IMG/VR virus record: IMGVR_UViG_3300038379_000430
Coordinates: 1 to 44,521 of that record
Direction: 5' to 3' (one strand)
DNA from: a virus
Taxonomy: Duplodnaviria > Caudoviricetes
DNA: 44,521 bases
Under the pieces are notes generated by a model. The model was not told the DNA's origin and did not search any database. It worked only from the letters and a program-made list of their open reading frames with translations. This document shows, in pieces, positions 43,477 through 44,521 of this stretch (positions are counted from its first letter, which is position 1; each line of letters begins with the position of its first letter). The position numbers and the translations under genes were made by a program.

Positions 43477-44521
43477 TGCTGCGCCGGCTCGCACTCGGAC
43501 TACTGCTCATGCTCGTCGCTGCGCCCGCGTGGTCCGTCACGGTCACGACGGATGCCTCGGGGCGCTGGACGACCATCGCAGATACGGCGGTGTGGAACGC
43601 GGCTGTTCCTGCGGCGGGCGACAACTTCATCGTGTCGAGCGGCTTCCGCGTGATCGTGGATGGCACCGTGACCGTCACGACGGGCGACATCACCTGTCAG
43701 TCGGGCGGGACGCTGATCGTCGCACCGGGCGCCACGCTGACCCCGGGCGTTCAGCTCGTGATCCAGGACGGCTGCACGTTCGAGGCGCTCGGCGCGAAGC
43801 TCGGCGAATGCACGATCGTCCGCCAGCCCGATCGCAGCGCCGCGGACCCGGTGATCTCGGTGGACTGCCCCGCGAACACCATCGCCGCGGCGACCGACTG
43901 GCTCGTGTTCACCGACGAGGACGACGGGCTCACGACCTTCAACGGCAAAGTGGTGAAGGTCGGCCCGGGCCGCATCCCTGGCGCAATCAACCCCGCCATG
44001 AACCGCTGGGCATGGTACGACATCACGGCGCTCGGCGCGGCGACGCTCACGGCCCCGGCGACGATCACCTACGACCTCGACTACGGCACCTACGACATCA
44101 CACCCAACATTCCGTACATCGGGACGCGCGGGAATCCGACGACCACGGCGCTCTCGCTCGGGGCTGGCAGCATTTCGGCGCTCACGCGCCGCGATGGCGG
44201 CCTCGCAACCGAAGTCACCGTAGCGGCGGCCTACGGCTCCGTCTCCGCCGTGAACGCTGACCTCGGCAGCAAGTACCTCTACTTCGAGGAGCCGGCGGGC
44301 ACGGAAGATGCTGCGGACCCGACCCGCTGCGCCGGCAAGCAGGCGAAGATCCTGCACAGTGAGGACGGCGGGGCGGGTGCGGACGTGCTCTTCGTCGCCG
44401 GCGACGTGACCGGCTGCACGAGTGCGACGGCGCGCATCACCGAGGGCGCTCGGCGCGGGGATCGCGTGGCGCTGGTGCGGCCCGCGGTCATCGACGGCTG
44501 GACCGGCACAGCGCACGTCTC
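43476..44521 (+). CDS. N-terminal part (signal peptide plus G8-like domain) of the about 903-aa protein continuing at 2-1795
   Basis: TGATG overlap; MLRRLALGLLLMLVAAPAWS|VT; SGRW..TAVWNAAVPAAGDNFIV resembles a G8 domain start; frame open to the window end. Confidence 0.82.
   Translation, partial: MLRRLALGLLLMLVAAPAWSVTVTTDASGRWTTIADTAVWNAAVPAAGDNFIVSSGFRVIVDGTVTVTTGDITCQSGGTLIVAPGATLTPGVQLVIQDGCTFEALGAKLGECTIVRQPDRSAADPVISVDCPANTIAAATDWLVFTDEDDGLTTFNGKVVKVGPGRIPGAINPAMNRWAWYDITALGAATLTAPATITYDLDYGTYDITPNIPYIGTRGNPTTTALSLGAGSISALTRRDGGLATEVTVAAAYGSVSAVNADLGSKYLYFEEPAGTEDAADPTRCAGKQAKILHSEDGGAGADVLFVAGDVTGCTSATARITEGARRGDRVALVRPAVIDGWTGTAHV
44393..44521 (+). repeat. Terminal direct repeat, right copy
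   Basis: Matches 1-129; the reading frame from ATG 43476 continues in frame into ORF 14..1795. Confidence 0.95.

Larger units (their letters stand above)
1..44521. mobile_element. Complete circularly permuted podovirus-like tailed phage genome (unit length about 44,392 bp)
   Basis: Terminal direct repeat; TerL-portal-scaffold-MCP-adaptor-nozzle-ejection protein order; no tape measure, sheath or tube genes recognised; lysis cassette present. Confidence 0.93.

Noticed and set aside
25853-44516. Long minus-strand ORFs antisense to structural genes
   Set aside because: Expected from strong third-position GC bias on the coding strand; no recognisable domains.
1-44521. High frequency of CTCGAG, TCGA and GATC words
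   Set aside because: Largely explained by codon pairs such as CTC-GAG and ATC-GAC; enrichment cannot be claimed without a Markov-model count.
1-44521. Stop-codon reassignment
   Set aside because: Core genes are intact under the standard bacterial code, and TAG and TGA both terminate genes at sensible boundaries.
44393-44521. Biological direct terminal repeat of a T7-like genome
   Set aside because: It falls in the middle of a coding sequence and has the size of an assembler overlap, so it more likely marks circular assembly than physical ends.

Overview
This window is an apparently complete, circularly permuted, GC-rich dsDNA phage genome of about 44,392 bp; bases 1-129 recur at 44393-44521 with 3 mismatches. 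Gene order is podovirus-like. The rightward late arm (about 22.4-44.4 kb, wrapping to 7.3 kb) carries TerS-like, TerL, portal, scaffold, major capsid, adaptor, tail fibre, nozzle, ejection-type proteins, three large exported proteins, and a lysis cassette with a GH24 lysozyme and DUF1353. The leftward early arms carry a MoxR-type AAA+ ATPase with partner, a RadC/JAB protein, RecE/RecT-like recombination genes and many small Cys-rich ORFs. A small rightward replication block has an HTH protein and a DnaB/RecA-fold helicase. I recognised no integrase, DNA polymerase, reverse transcriptase, tRNA or CRISPR array. Main observations: (1) three translationally coupled genes in the receptor-binding slot (42967-43476, 43476-wrap-1795, 1792-4782) all begin with classic Sec signal peptides, have even Cys counts and include tail-fibre-type modules, suggesting exported, disulfide-folded virion or surface appendages; (2) a 28-bp dif-like XerC/XerD site at 21586-21613 in an integrase-less genome; (3) a candidate structured RNA behind the late promoter, repeated hairpin-bearing intergenic elements between early genes, and a CC1-like chromatin protein. 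All family assignments come from motif recognition by eye, not database searches.
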